The notes: generated from the letters alone by a model not told the origin. DNA of 34,281 nt from Deltaproteobacteria bacterium (GCA_025357175.1 JANXPS010000049.1:1-34281), one strand, 5' to 3'; positions 20,451-30,183 are shown, numbered from the stretch's first letter. Numbers and translations are program-made.

Positions 20451-23400
20451 TTACTTGAGAACGAAGTCCACCCGGCTGTCTCTCACTTTATCTTTCTTCG
20501 CCGGCGCGAGCGTTTTCGGCTCGACGGTAAAGACCCGGCCCGCCTCGACCTGCTTCGTCGCCACCAGATAATCGATCGCCCGCTTCGCGCGCTCTTGCGC
20601 CAACTGCCGCAGGTCGTCGTCGGTGACCTCGACGTGCGTCAGGATCAGCTTCTCCATCTCGGGCACGGGCAGCTCCTTCTGCAACCCGATCAGATTTCTC
20701 GGCTTGGAAAACGTCTCGGCCGAATACGCTTTGAGCAGGTATTTCGGATATTCGGCGGGGAGCACGGTCACGTTGTCGGGCGATTGCTGCCCGCCACCCT
20801 GCTTCGCCACATCCTTGATCTTCTGCGCCCGGATCTTCCGTTCGAATGCCGCCGTTCTCAGGGCATCGCGATCGGCCGGCGGATCGGCGTGCCCGACGAC
20901 GTCGAGCTTGAGCGCGGGTCTTTCGCCAAGCGCCTTTGCGAGCGATTTCAGCTTGCTCTCGCCCGCCCCGTCCAGCACGGTCTGCCCCGCCGGAAACTCG
21001 AGGTAGCTCAACTCCTCCCCGTTGCCCATCAGCGCGCCGAGCAGCGCGAAGGGGGAGGTCGCCGCCTTGACGAGCAGGTTCTTGACGATCTGCCAGACGA
21101 CCCCCCAGACGTTGAATTTCGGGTCGTCGAGATTTCCCGTGACGGGCAGGTCGAGACGGATCTCGCCGTTCCTGTCTTTTAGAAGCGCCACCGCGAGGCG
21201 GACGGGCAGCTTCGTGGCGTCGGGGCTCTCGATCTTGTCCCCGAAGTCGAACTGGTTGATGAAGACGCTGTTTCCGGCGTCGAGCTTCTTCTTGACGATC
21301 AGGTATTTCAATCCGAGCGACAGTTTCCCCTTTTCGATCGAATAGCCGGCGTAGCGCCCCGAGTAGGGCGTCATGGGGCTCAGGTCGATGTCCTTGAAAT
21401 CGACCTTGAGGTCCACGAACAGGTCGTCGCGCAACGGGTTGATCCGTCCCGTGATTTCGAGCGGGGCCTGGCTGTCCAGTCGACCGCGAAGAAGGACGTC
21501 GGCCATCTTCGTCTCTTCGGAGGACAGGCCGGACACCCGGCCGCCCACCTCTTTCAGCTTCGCCGTGTAATTGGGGTGGACGTGCCGGTCCGTGAACAGG
21601 ATCGTGCCGCCCTGGAGCGTCACCGTATCGATTGCGACAGGCGTCGGCCCGGAGGATGGGGGAGGCTGGGTGGCGGGCACCGAGGGCGTACCGGCCGCGG
21701 AGGCTCCGCTGTTGTCGGTCCCGGCCGCGCCGGGCTCCTTCCGGACGATCCCCTGGACGTTCAGCGACCCGTCTTCATTGACCACGATCCGCGAATAGAG
21801 CCCGGAAAGCGAGAGGTCCCGGATCGCCACCGACATGGGGTTGACGCCGATCTTCATCCCGGCGAGGTGGAGCGCCTCCCACTTGAGGAAGTCCTCGCTC
21901 GTCTCCTTGTCGACCATGGAGAGACCTCGAAGCGATGTTTCCCCCTCCCAGGATGCTTTCATCGGTTCGCCTGCGGGCATCGAGAGCGAGAGATTCCCGT
22001 TGGCGTCGACCAGTCCGCCGGTCATGTCGATGCTGAGTTTTTCGGTGAAGTAGGGCTGCAGCGGCACGAGGTCGATTCCCTTCACGCTGACCGCCAGGTT
22101 GGCCATGGAAGGAGCGATGCCGACCGTCCCGCTCACGGCGGCCGTGCCGGAGCCGTTGAGCGTCATCCGCCCCGAGGCCTTTCCGTGGACGTTTTTCGCG
22201 GTCGAAAGGTTTGCGGCGGTGATGTCGAGCGGCGCCACCTTCAGAAGAACGGCTTCCTCCGGCTGCTGGTCGTCCCACGTGACGTCCCAGCGATCGAGCG
22301 CCAGCCTGCCGAGCACAACCTGCCAGGCCGCCGGTTCGACCGACTTGCCGCGCACGGCGTCCTTCGATGCCGGCGCTTTCGAATCGGCCGGGGGCGGGGG
22401 GGGCGTCAGCCCGGCCAGGTTGACCTTCCCGTCCTCGCCCCGCTCGATCCGCAGTTCGCCGCGGCTCCCGGCGATGGATCCGACCCGGACCGATCTCCGC
22501 CCGAGATCGACGACGCCATCCTTCATCTCGATCCGCGGAATCCGGAGGAAATCGGAATCGCTTCCGCGCCGCCGCAGCTTGAGCGCCGCCAGCGCCACGG
22601 ACAGGTTGTCGACGGCCGTGACGGCATTGTCGCCGACGGGGCGGTACGCATACCGGGCCGACAGGTCGAGCAGCCCCTCGCGCACGTCGAACAGCACGGA
22701 CTTCGAATAGTAGGGGGAGTATTTCCCGAGCGAGACCCGGGCGATCCGGAGCTCGCCGCGGGCGTCGAGCGGCGAAAGCGCGAGCAGCCCGTCGTGCCGC
22801 ACCGTCTCGCCTGATTCCGTGGCGAGCGCCAGTTCGAGGCGGAACGGCTTTCCGGGCGCGTTGGTGAAGTCGCTGACATCGAGCGTGATGGGGGCGAGCG
22901 TGGTCCGGAACGGCTTCCCCTCGACCGCCGCGTCGGCAAAGATGATCTTTCCGCCGGTCAGCCGTATCGACGTCGCTCCGACGAGCGGCGGCGCAGTTTC
23001 GTTCTTCGGCTTCGGGGGCTTGTCCGCAGACGGCCCGGGATTTTGCCCGTCGCCGCCGGGGAGCAGGGAGAGCAGCGTCAGCCGCCCTTCCCGGTCGCGC
23101 GAAAGGTTCAGCTCGGGCGAGGTCATCAGGATGCCGCCGAACTTGACGCGGAGCGGATCCGGCGACGCGGATTCAAGCGGAATGTCGAGACGCGGAACGG
23201 ATAGTACGGGGAGGTCCCCCCGGTCGGTGATCCGGAAATCCTTCAGCGCCAGGGCTCCCGACAAGACGACCGTGGGCGGGGCGTTTTTCTTCCGGGTGAA
23301 GAACAGGGTCGCCTTCACGTCGATTGCCCCGGACGGCACCTTGAACTTGAGCGGCACCGGCGAATATTCGAGGTAATACGGCAGGTCGAAGTCACGGATG

Positions 23401-24083
23401 TCCATCGCGAAGGATGTTTCACGGGCGTCGCTGAATGGCCGCGTCCTGCCCGTGAGCGCGACCGGCCTTCCGTTGACGTCGGCCGAGAAGGCGGGCTGCA
23501 CGTAACTGTCGACGTAATACGGGAGGTTGGACAGGAAGGGCACCGACAGTGCGATGTGCCGCACCGCGTGGCGCGTCTTCTTCGGCCGGTCGTCGAAATC
23601 GAAGGCGCCGTCGATGATCCGGATGTTGTTGAAGGAGAACCGGAGCGGTTTCGAGTCGGGCGGCGACGGTTTGCCCGTGAATTCGTCCACGAGGTCGGAG
23701 AAGTTGTAGCGGCCGTCGGCTTTCCGGACGACGGTGATTCGCGGCGAGCGCAACGTGATCTCGCGCAGCACGGGGCCGCGGTGCCAGGCCGAGGCCAGCT
23801 GGGCGTCCACGAACAGTTCCTCGAACGAGAGGAACTCCCCGCCCGTCTCCCGGTCGGCGACGGCGAGTCCCCGCAGGGAGATCGACAGCGTGAACGGGTT
23901 GATCCGCACCTCGCGCAAGGTCGTCTTGCGGTGGAGCGCCCGGGTCGCCTGCTTCTCGACGACCGACCGGACGATCGGCGGCAGCGCCAGGAACCCGACG
24001 ATGGCCACCAGCGCGATCGCGGATGCGAGGCCGATCAGCGCCTTCCGAACGGCCGGTTTCCCCGCAAGCTCGACACCGTACAT
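20451..24083 (-). CDS. DUF748-repeat envelope protein
   Basis: N-terminal TM anchor, INPFTLS, repeated beta-rich units, PYSGRYAGYSIEKGKL, LAVALLKDRNGEIRLDLPVTG, KAATSPFALL. GGAGGG SD. Confidence 0.85.
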   Translation of the reverse strand: MYGVELAGKPAVRKALIGLASAIALVAIVGFLALPPIVRSVVEKQATRALHRKTTLREVRINPFTLSISLRGLAVADRETGGEFLSFEELFVDAQLASAWHRGPVLREITLRSPRITVVRKADGRYNFSDLVDEFTGKPSPPDSKPLRFSFNNIRIIDGAFDFDDRPKKTRHAVRHIALSVPFLSNLPYYVDSYVQPAFSADVNGRPVALTGRTRPFSDARETSFAMDIRDFDLPYYLEYSPVPLKFKVPSGAIDVKATLFFTRKKNAPPTVVLSGALALKDFRITDRGDLPVLSVPRLDIPLESASPDPLRVKFGGILMTSPELNLSRDREGRLTLLSLLPGGDGQNPGPSADKPPKPKNETAPPLVGATSIRLTGGKIIFADAAVEGKPFRTTLAPITLDVSDFTNAPGKPFRLELALATESGETVRHDGLLALSPLDARGELRIARVSLGKYSPYYSKSVLFDVREGLLDLSARYAYRPVGDNAVTAVDNLSVALAALKLRRRGSDSDFLRIPRIEMKDGVVDLGRRSVRVGSIAGSRGELRIERGEDGKVNLAGLTPPPPPADSKAPASKDAVRGKSVEPAAWQVVLGRLALDRWDVTWDDQQPEEAVLLKVAPLDITAANLSTAKNVHGKASGRMTLNGSGTAAVSGTVGIAPSMANLAVSVKGIDLVPLQPYFTEKLSIDMTGGLVDANGNLSLSMPAGEPMKASWEGETSLRGLSMVDKETSEDFLKWEALHLAGMKIGVNPMSVAIRDLSLSGLYSRIVVNEDGSLNVQGIVRKEPGAAGTDNSGASAAGTPSVPATQPPPSSGPTPVAIDTVTLQGGTILFTDRHVHPNYTAKLKEVGGRVSGLSSEETKMADVLLRGRLDSQAPLEITGRINPLRDDLFVDLKVDFKDIDLSPMTPYSGRYAGYSIEKGKLSLGLKYLIVKKKLDAGNSVFINQFDFGDKIESPDATKLPVRLAVALLKDRNGEIRLDLPVTGNLDDPKFNVWGVVWQIVKNLLVKAATSPFALLGALMGNGEELSYLEFPAGQTVLDGAGESKLKSLAKALGERPALKLDVVGHADPPADRDALRTAAFERKIRAQKIKDVAKQGGGQQSPDNVTVLPAEYPKYLLKAYSAETFSKPRNLIGLQKELPVPEMEKLILTHVEVTDDDLRQLAQERAKRAIDYLVATKQVEAGRVFTVEPKTLAPAKKDKVRDSRVDFVLK

Positions 24084-24170
24084 GGTCTTCCCTCCGGTCG
24101 TGATGAGTCGATTCTAGTCCTGATTCCCCTTCCGAGGGAACCGTTACGGCACCCGTCGCATCAAAACCGC

Positions 24171-24791
24171 ATGAGAGCGGAACGGTTCACCACGATCATC
24201 ATCTTGTTATTTCTGGCGGCTTCGGTCGTTTCAGCGGGGGACAAGCCAATGTCCGCGACAGGGGGAAAGACGGAGACGGCGACGTTCGCCGGCGGCTGCT
24301 TCTGGTGCATGGAGCCGCCGTACGACAAGTTGCCGGGCGTGCTGAAGACGACAGTCGGGTACACCGGCGGTCACAAGACCAATCCGACCTACGAGGAGGT
24401 GTCGGCCGGGGGAACGGGACACGCCGAGTCGATCGAGATCGTGTTCGATCCGTCGAAGGTCACTTACGGAAATCTGCTCGAGATTTTCTGGCGCAATATC
24501 GACCCGCTGGTCAAGGACCGGCAGTTCTGCGACGTGGGTTCGCAGTACCGCACGGCGATCTTTTTCCACGACGAGGCGCAGCGCATGGCGGCCGATGCGT
24601 CGAAGGCGGCGATCGAGAAGACGAAAGGGTGGAAGGTGGCCACGCAGATCGTGGCGGCGACGCCGTTCTATCCCGCCGAGGAATACCACCAGGACTATCA
24701 CGACAAGAATCCGGTCCGGTACAAGTTCTACCGTTTCAACTGCGGACGCGACCAACGGCTCGACGAACTCTGGGGCAAGGCGGCGAAATAG
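24171..24791 (+). CDS. msrA: Peptide methionine sulfoxide reductase MsrA with a signal peptide
   Basis: FAGGCFWCME, GYTGG, FYPAEEYHQDY; hydrophobic N-terminus. Confidence 0.95.
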   Translation: MRAERFTTIIILLFLAASVVSAGDKPMSATGGKTETATFAGGCFWCMEPPYDKLPGVLKTTVGYTGGHKTNPTYEEVSAGGTGHAESIEIVFDPSKVTYGNLLEIFWRNIDPLVKDRQFCDVGSQYRTAIFFHDEAQRMAADASKAAIEKTKGWKVATQIVAATPFYPAEEYHQDYHDKNPVRYKFYRFNCGRDQRLDELWGKAAK

Positions 24792-24792
24792 G

Positions 24793-25395
24793 ATGGGAGC
24801 CCCATCCGATTCCGCCTCCTTTCCGGTGAGCGTGCCGGAGCGTCCCTGGAAGCCGACAAAGGAGCAACTCGCGGAAGCGGGATCGACCGGCTCGGTGCCC
24901 GACGTCATCGGGAAGGGGCTCGCGGTCCTCTTCGTCGGGATCAACCCCGGGCTGTACTCGGGGGCGATCCGACATCATTTCGGCAGGCCGGGCAACCGCT
25001 TCTGGCCCGCGCTCCGGGACTCCGGATTCACGCCCCGCCTGCTGTCACCCTTCGATGAGCGTGAACTGCTCACGTTCGGCCTCGGCATCACCAACCTCGC
25101 CGGGCGGACGACCGCGACCGCGGCGGAACTGACCGCCGACGAACTGGTCGAGGGCGCACGGGCGCTTGCCGAAAAGGTGAAGCGCTACCGCCCCGGTTTT
25201 GTCGCCTTCCTCGGCATCACCTCCTATCGGGCGGCGTTCAATCGGCCGAAGGCGGTTCTGGGGCGGCAAACGGAGCCGTTCTCGGGCGTGCGGGCCTGGG
25301 TCCTGCCCAATCCGAGCGGCCTGAACGCCCACCACCAGGCGCCCGGCCTCGCAAGGATGTTCCGGGAGCTGCGCGCGGCGGTGAATTTCGCTTGA
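24793..25395 (+). CDS. mug: G/U mismatch-specific DNA glycosylase (start 24793 or GTG 24826)
   Basis: LFVGINPGLYS, HHF..PGNRFW, WVLPNPSGLNAH. Confidence 0.92.
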   Translation: MGAPSDSASFPVSVPERPWKPTKEQLAEAGSTGSVPDVIGKGLAVLFVGINPGLYSGAIRHHFGRPGNRFWPALRDSGFTPRLLSPFDERELLTFGLGITNLAGRTTATAAELTADELVEGARALAEKVKRYRPGFVAFLGITSYRAAFNRPKAVLGRQTEPFSGVRAWVLPNPSGLNAHHQAPGLARMFRELRAAVNFA

Positions 25396-25421
25396 CAAAC
25401 GCCGTTAGATACTCGTACTCT
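25392..25421 (+). promoter_or_regulatory. Putative sigma70 promoter of the leuA leader
   Basis: TTGACA (25392-25397, overlapping the mug stop), an 18-nt spacer, then TACTCT (25416-25421). Confidence 0.6.
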
Positions 25422-25431
25422 GTGTGACATC

Positions 25432-25515
25432 ATGAAGACGAACACCGCGCGCATCGCTGTCGTTGGAAGCCTCGCTCTAGCAGGGCTGCCCGGAGGCCGG
25501 TCCACCGCCGCGTGA
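25432..25515 (+). CDS. leuA leader peptide, 27 aa (MKTNTARIAVVGSLALAGLPGGRSTAA)
   Basis: Ile-x-Val-Val, then Leu codons CTC, CTA and CTG; followed by antiterminator and terminator hairpins upstream of leuA. Confidence 0.8.
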   Translation: MKTNTARIAVVGSLALAGLPGGRSTAA

Positions 25516-25548
25516 GCGTAAGTCTTATTTTCTAAAAAACCGCTACGG

Positions 25549-25583
25549 GCCGCGGAACCGGCAAAGGTTCCCGCGGCTTTTTT
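25549..25583 (+). terminator. Attenuator terminator T1
   Basis: GCCGCGGAACC-GGCAAA-GGTTCCCGCGGC-TTTTTT. Confidence 0.85.
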
Positions 25584-25590
25584 GTTTTTC

Positions 25591-25628
25591 AAAAGCCGCC
25601 GGGGATCGCCTCCCGGCGGCTTTTTTTT
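25591..25628 (+). terminator. Second tandem terminator T2 upstream of leuA
   Basis: AAAAGCCGCCGGGG..TCCCGGCGGC-TTTTTTTT. Confidence 0.8.
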
Positions 25629-25664
25629 AATGCTTCGAGAGACGAAAATAAGGAGGAACGGATC

Positions 25665-27242
25665 ATGGCTGAAAAGGTATTCATTTTCGACACGACGTTG
25701 CGTGACGGAGAACAGGTTCCCGGCGCAAAGCTCGCCAAGGAGCAGAAGGTGGAGATCGCCAAGCAGATCGCGGCACTCGGCGTCGACATCATCGAGGCGG
25801 GCTTCCCGGCGTCGTCCCCGGGCGACTTCGACTCGGTCCAGACGGTGGCGCGCGAGGTCAAGGGACCGATCATCACGGGCCTCGCCCGTGCCGTGAAAAA
25901 GGACATCGACGCGTTATGGGCGGCGGTCAAGGTCGCGAAGCGTCCGCGCATCCACACGTTCATCGGCACCTCCGACATCCACATCCAGAAGAAGTTCAAG
26001 TCCGACAAGGACAAGATCCTCCAGTGGGCGGTCGATACGGTGAAGTACGCCAAGTCGCTCTGCAACGACATTGAGTTCTCGACGGAAGACGCGGCCAGGA
26101 CCGATTTCGAGTTCCTCTGCCGCTCGGTCGAGGCGCTGGTCAAGGCTGGCGCGACGACGATCAACGTGCCCGATACGGTGGGCTACGCGATGCCGGGCGA
26201 GATGGCCGACCGGATACGCCGTCTCAAGGAAAAGGTGCCTGCGCTCGACAAGGCGATCATCTCGATGCACTGCCACAACGACATGGGACTCGCGACCGCC
26301 AACACGCTGGCCGGCGTCCTCGCGGGGGCGCGGCAGGCCGAGGTGACGATGAACGGCATCGGCGAGCGCGCGGGCAACGCGGCGCTCGAAGAGGTCGTCA
26401 TGGCGATCCGCACCCGGAAGGACATCTTCAAGGGACTCTACACCGACGTCAACACGAAGGAAATTTCCAAGACGAGCAAGATGGTGTCGACGCTCATGGG
26501 CCTGCCCATCCAGCGCAACAAGGCGATCGTCGGCGTCAATGCGTTCGCCCACTCGTCGGGCATCCACCAGGACGGCATCCTCAAGGATCGTTCGACCTAT
26601 GAAATCGTCCGGCCGGAGGATGTCGGCGTTTCCGCCCACGCATTCACGCTGACCGCAAGGTCCGGCCGCGCCGCGCTCAAGCACCAGATTTCCGCATTCG
26701 GCCACAAGGTCACCGATCCGCAGCTCGACGCGATCTACGAGCAGTTCCTCACGCTGGCCGACAAGAAGAAGGAAGTGGCGATCGAGGATCTCGAGGCGCT
26801 CGTGCAGGAAGAACTCTTCAAGGTGCCCGAGATTTTCAAGCTCGAGCACATCCAGTTCCTCTCGGGCACGAAGGCGACGCCGATGGCGGCGCTCCGGATC
26901 CGCAAGGGAAAGGATGTCATCGAGGAGGCGGCGACCGGCAACGGTCCCGTCGACGCAGCCTACCAGTGCGTCGAGAAGATCGTCGGCCGGAAGTTCACGC
27001 TGATCGACTGGGGACTCAACGCGATCACCTCCGGCGAGGACGCGATCGGCGAGGCGCGGGTGCGCATCCGCTTCAAGGACACGATCGTCTCCGGTACGGC
27101 TACGTCAACCGACGTCATCGAGGCGTCGGTCAAGGCGTACCTCGCGGCGATCAACCGCTACATCGCATCCGAAGAGCGCGACAAGGCTGCGAAAAAGGTG
27201 AAGGGCGCGCCCAAGAAAAAGACGGCGAAGCCGTCGCTTTAA
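25665..27242 (+). CDS. leuA: 2-isopropylmalate synthase
   Basis: [34 protein letters not shown], regulatory domain [16 protein letters not shown]. Confidence 0.93.
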   Translation: MAEKVFIFDTTLRDGEQVPGAKLAKEQKVEIAKQIAALGVDIIEAGFPASSPGDFDSVQTVAREVKGPIITGLARAVKKDIDALWAAVKVAKRPRIHTFIGTSDIHIQKKFKSDKDKILQWAVDTVKYAKSLCNDIEFSTEDAARTDFEFLCRSVEALVKAGATTINVPDTVGYAMPGEMADRIRRLKEKVPALDKAIISMHCHNDMGLATANTLAGVLAGARQAEVTMNGIGERAGNAALEEVVMAIRTRKDIFKGLYTDVNTKEISKTSKMVSTLMGLPIQRNKAIVGVNAFAHSSGIHQDGILKDRSTYEIVRPEDVGVSAHAFTLTARSGRAALKHQISAFGHKVTDPQLDAIYEQFLTLADKKKEVAIEDLEALVQEELFKVPEIFKLEHIQFLSGTKATPMAALRIRKGKDVIEEAATGNGPVDAAYQCVEKIVGRKFTLIDWGLNAITSGEDAIGEARVRIRFKDTIVSGTATSTDVIEASVKAYLAAINRYIASEERDKAAKKVKGAPKKKTAKPSL

Positions 27243-27267
27243 CGGCGGCGCCCGACCCGGGAACCAC

Positions 27268-28536
27268 TCAGCGGGTTCCGGCGTCGGGCAGCACGTAACC
27301 CGCGTCGGGCAGGATCAGCGGAGGCGGCAGCTCACCCAGTGCCGCCTCCGCTTTTTTTAGCGCATCCGGCAGCGATGCGGCCGGCGCCATTCCCATCCGC
27401 TCGACGTCTTCGGGCCGGAGCGACGAGACCAGGATCACGCGGCAGCCGAGCGCCTTGCCGAGCGTGGCGTGCGCGGTCTGGCCGTAGATCTGGTACCGCT
27501 CCCGCAGTTCCAGTTCCATCAGTTCGGGATCTTCGAAACGGAACCACGGGAAGAAGTGGGGGCTGCCGAACCCGTCCGCACATTCCGCGAGCAGGATCAG
27601 GACGCCGCCCGGCGTCACGGCGCGGAAGGCGTTGTCGAGCGCCTTGTGCGACTGGATCAGGTTGATGTCCTTGGGCCAACCACCGGCGGATGCGATGACG
27701 AAGGGGTAGCGGTGCGGCAGGGAAACGCGAAATACGGCCGCATACCGTTCACACGCCTCGCGGTGCGCCGACAACCAGTCGCCGGCGACGGCGTCGAACA
27801 GCTTCTTGCCGGGCGTCAGCAGCGTGTTGAGCAGGAAGGCGGGAGAAGCCATCGCGACCGCCTCGCGGATGTCCTCGTGCACCGGATTGCCGTCGAGCTG
27901 CCCGGCGCGCGCCAGCGGATGCTTCCCGGGCCCGTCGGGCAGGAAGACGCGGAAGTGGGTATCGGCGGCCGTGTCGCGGTGGGCGCAGCCGGGCACGAGC
28001 GCCTTGCGCCCCCCTCCGAATCCGGCGAAATAGTGAAACGAGATGGTACCGGTCAGCACGATCCGGTCGTGTTCCATGACGGGAAGGCAGACCCGCACCC
28101 GGGTCCCGCGCGTGGTCGTGCCGAGCGTCGCCATGGCGCCGTCGGGGTCCGACTGCACGACGCGGATGCCCGAGGAAAGTTCGCTTCCCACGATCGCGGC
28201 GATCTCGGCGTCGGTCTGCGCCCGGTGCGTTCCGCGCGCGATGAACAAGGTCACGCGATCGCGGGGCACGCCTGCCGCGTCGGTTTCGGCGAGCAGCGGC
28301 GCCAGGAATATCTCGGTCGCGCTGTAGCGGGTGATGTCGGAAATCGGGATCGCCACGGAGTCGGAGGGGCCGAGCAATGCCCGAAGCGGGGGAGAATCCA
28401 CCGGGTTCGCAAGCCGGTCGCGGAGCATCCCGGCTTCATCGGCCGGAAGCGCGACGGCGCGCGCGGCGACCACCGATGAACGCGCGGCGAGGCCGGAGGG
28501 CAGCTCCGCCGTCCCGCGGCCGTATTTCAGCTTCAT
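27268..28536 (-). CDS. larA: LarA-family nickel-pincer-dependent racemase/epimerase
   Basis: MKLKYG, SDITR, GTHR, HYFAGFGGGRKALVPG, GGWPKDINLIQSHKA, LILLAECADG. Confidence 0.85.
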   Translation of the reverse strand: MKLKYGRGTAELPSGLAARSSVVAARAVALPADEAGMLRDRLANPVDSPPLRALLGPSDSVAIPISDITRYSATEIFLAPLLAETDAAGVPRDRVTLFIARGTHRAQTDAEIAAIVGSELSSGIRVVQSDPDGAMATLGTTTRGTRVRVCLPVMEHDRIVLTGTISFHYFAGFGGGRKALVPGCAHRDTAADTHFRVFLPDGPGKHPLARAGQLDGNPVHEDIREAVAMASPAFLLNTLLTPGKKLFDAVAGDWLSAHREACERYAAVFRVSLPHRYPFVIASAGGWPKDINLIQSHKALDNAFRAVTPGGVLILLAECADGFGSPHFFPWFRFEDPELMELELRERYQIYGQTAHATLGKALGCRVILVSSLRPEDVERMGMAPAASLPDALKKAEAALGELPPPLILPDAGYVLPDAGTR

Positions 28537-28634
28537 GCGCCGGGGCCGCCCGGTTTCCCGAACGTCGGGTCTTTTCGCGGTGTGGTCATCGCGCCAGTGT
28601 GATGGAAACAGGCGAGGGGAGTCAACCGGATCTG

Positions 28635-28663
28635 TTGCCGCCATCACCGGCGCCCAGTAGAAT
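28635..28663 (+). promoter_or_regulatory. Putative sigma70 promoter of suhB
   Basis: TTGCCG, a 17-nt spacer, then TAGAAT. A divergent TTGACT at 28620-28625 on the minus strand may serve larA. Confidence 0.55.
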
Positions 28664-28708
28664 CCGGGTTACTATCATCCATCGATCACACACCGGACGG
28701 AGAGACCA

Positions 28709-29497
28709 ATGGACAATCAATCGCTGCTCGAATTCGCCCGCGAGACCGCGGCAGGCGCGGGGGAAATCCTGCGCAGCAATTACGGACGCCGCCAGAAGAT
28801 CCACTTCAAGGGAGAGATCAATCTCGTCACCGACGTGGACCGGGCGTCGGAGGCGTATATCAAGGGGCGCATCCATGCGCGCTTTCCCGATCACGGAATC
28901 ATGGCCGAGGAAAGCCCCGAGGACAAGTCGCCCTCGCCCTATCGCTGGATCGTGGACCCGCTAGACGGAACGACCAACTACGCCCACAACTATCCCTGTT
29001 TCTGCGTATCCGTGGGAGTCGAGCACGACGGCGTGCCGGTCGCGGGCGCGGTGTACGATCCGCTGCTGAGGGAAATGTTCACGGCGACGGCCGGGGGGGG
29101 CGCATTTCTCAACGGGGAGAAGCTCGCCGTCTCGGACATCGGCGACTTGCGCCACGGCCTGCTGGCCACCGGATTCGCCTACGACGTCAAGACTTCGACA
29201 GACAAGAACTTCGACTATTTCCAGTCGTTCGTCATGACCGGGCAGGCGATCCGGCGGGATGGTTCGGCGGCGCTCGACCTGTGCTACCTCGCCACCGGCC
29301 GCTTCGACGGCTTCTGGGAAATGCAGCTCAAGCCCTGGGATACGATCGCGGGATTGCTGATCCTGCAGGAGGCGGGGGGCATGGCAACCCGCATGGACGG
29401 CTCCCCGTACGACATCCACCAGCCCGACGTGCTGGCGACCAACGGCCGGATCCATGGGCAGATGCTGGAAGTGATCCGGCGAGTGGCCGGCCGGTAG
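28709..29497 (+). CDS. suhB: Inositol monophosphatase family protein
   Basis: WIVDPLDGTTNYAH, GSAALDLC, LKPWD. Confidence 0.92.
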   Translation: MDNQSLLEFARETAAGAGEILRSNYGRRQKIHFKGEINLVTDVDRASEAYIKGRIHARFPDHGIMAEESPEDKSPSPYRWIVDPLDGTTNYAHNYPCFCVSVGVEHDGVPVAGAVYDPLLREMFTATAGGGAFLNGEKLAVSDIGDLRHGLLATGFAYDVKTSTDKNFDYFQSFVMTGQAIRRDGSAALDLCYLATGRFDGFWEMQLKPWDTIAGLLILQEAGGMATRMDGSPYDIHQPDVLATNGRIHGQMLEVIRRVAGR

Positions 29498-29510
29498 TTC
29501 GCCGGGAATG

Positions 29511-29542
29511 AAAAAGGGCGCCCCGGATGGTCCGGGGCGCCC
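29511..29542 (-). terminator. Intrinsic terminator of the lipoprotein/tRNA transcript
   Basis: Minus strand GGGCGCCCCGGA-CCA-TCCGGGGCGCCC-TTTTT. Confidence 0.8.
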
Positions 29543-29568
29543 GCGAAACCGTTGCGACGAGGGTCGCG

Positions 29569-30117
29569 TTACTTCTTGATCGGCTCCAGCATGATCACGC
29601 CGTACTGGTCGTGCTGGAACGGATGGACCGCCGGGAACTTGCCGAACAGCCAGCCATTGAACAGTTCCTTGCCGCCCTGCTTGATCTCGATGTGAAGCGC
29701 CGGGTTCTCGAGCTTGTTGGAGCTCGAGGTGATCGAGTCGCCGTTCATCGTGAAGTGGGGCAGGAAGTCGCCGACCGCCAGCACCAGGTCGCTGTCGGGC
29801 ACCTTGAAGGTGGAGTTCAGGTCGACGTTGAAGGTCTTCTTGCTCTTCTTCTGCTTGAACTCGACTTCGATCTTGGCGCCCTTCCAGCCCTTCTTGACTT
29901 CCTCGGGGATGACGATCTTCTTGGGGCCGCCGCCGCCCATGTCGCCGTGCGGTGCGCCGCCGCCCTGACCGCCCATGCCGGGAGGAGCCTGGCCGGGCGC
30001 CTGGCCGGGCGCTTCGCCCTGCGGAGGCATCGGGGGAGGAGTCTCCTTCTTCTTGCAGCCCGTGGCCGCGAGGCCGATCGTAACGAGAAGGGCGATCAAC
30101 AGTGCAAAACGCTTCAT
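29569..30117 (-). CDS. Lipoprotein, probably DUF2155-like
   Basis: AAGGAG SD, signal peptide with lipobox ATGC, Pro/Gly-rich tether, then NPA..GWLF..P..HPFQH. Confidence 0.75.
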   Translation of the reverse strand: MKRFALLIALLVTIGLAATGCKKKETPPPMPPQGEAPGQAPGQAPPGMGGQGGGAPHGDMGGGGPKKIVIPEEVKKGWKGAKIEVEFKQKKSKKTFNVDLNSTFKVPDSDLVLAVGDFLPHFTMNGDSITSSSNKLENPALHIEIKQGGKELFNGWLFGKFPAVHPFQHDQYGVIMLEPIKK

Positions 30118-30183
30118 CTTGAAATCTCCTTTCGGTTCTTTACTCAGGGGTTCGAAACAAACTTCATAAAAAAAACGGGAATA

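Noticed and set aside
24171-24791. Selenocysteine-containing MsrA
   Set aside because: The active site is encoded by TGC codons (GCFWC) with no in-frame TGA.
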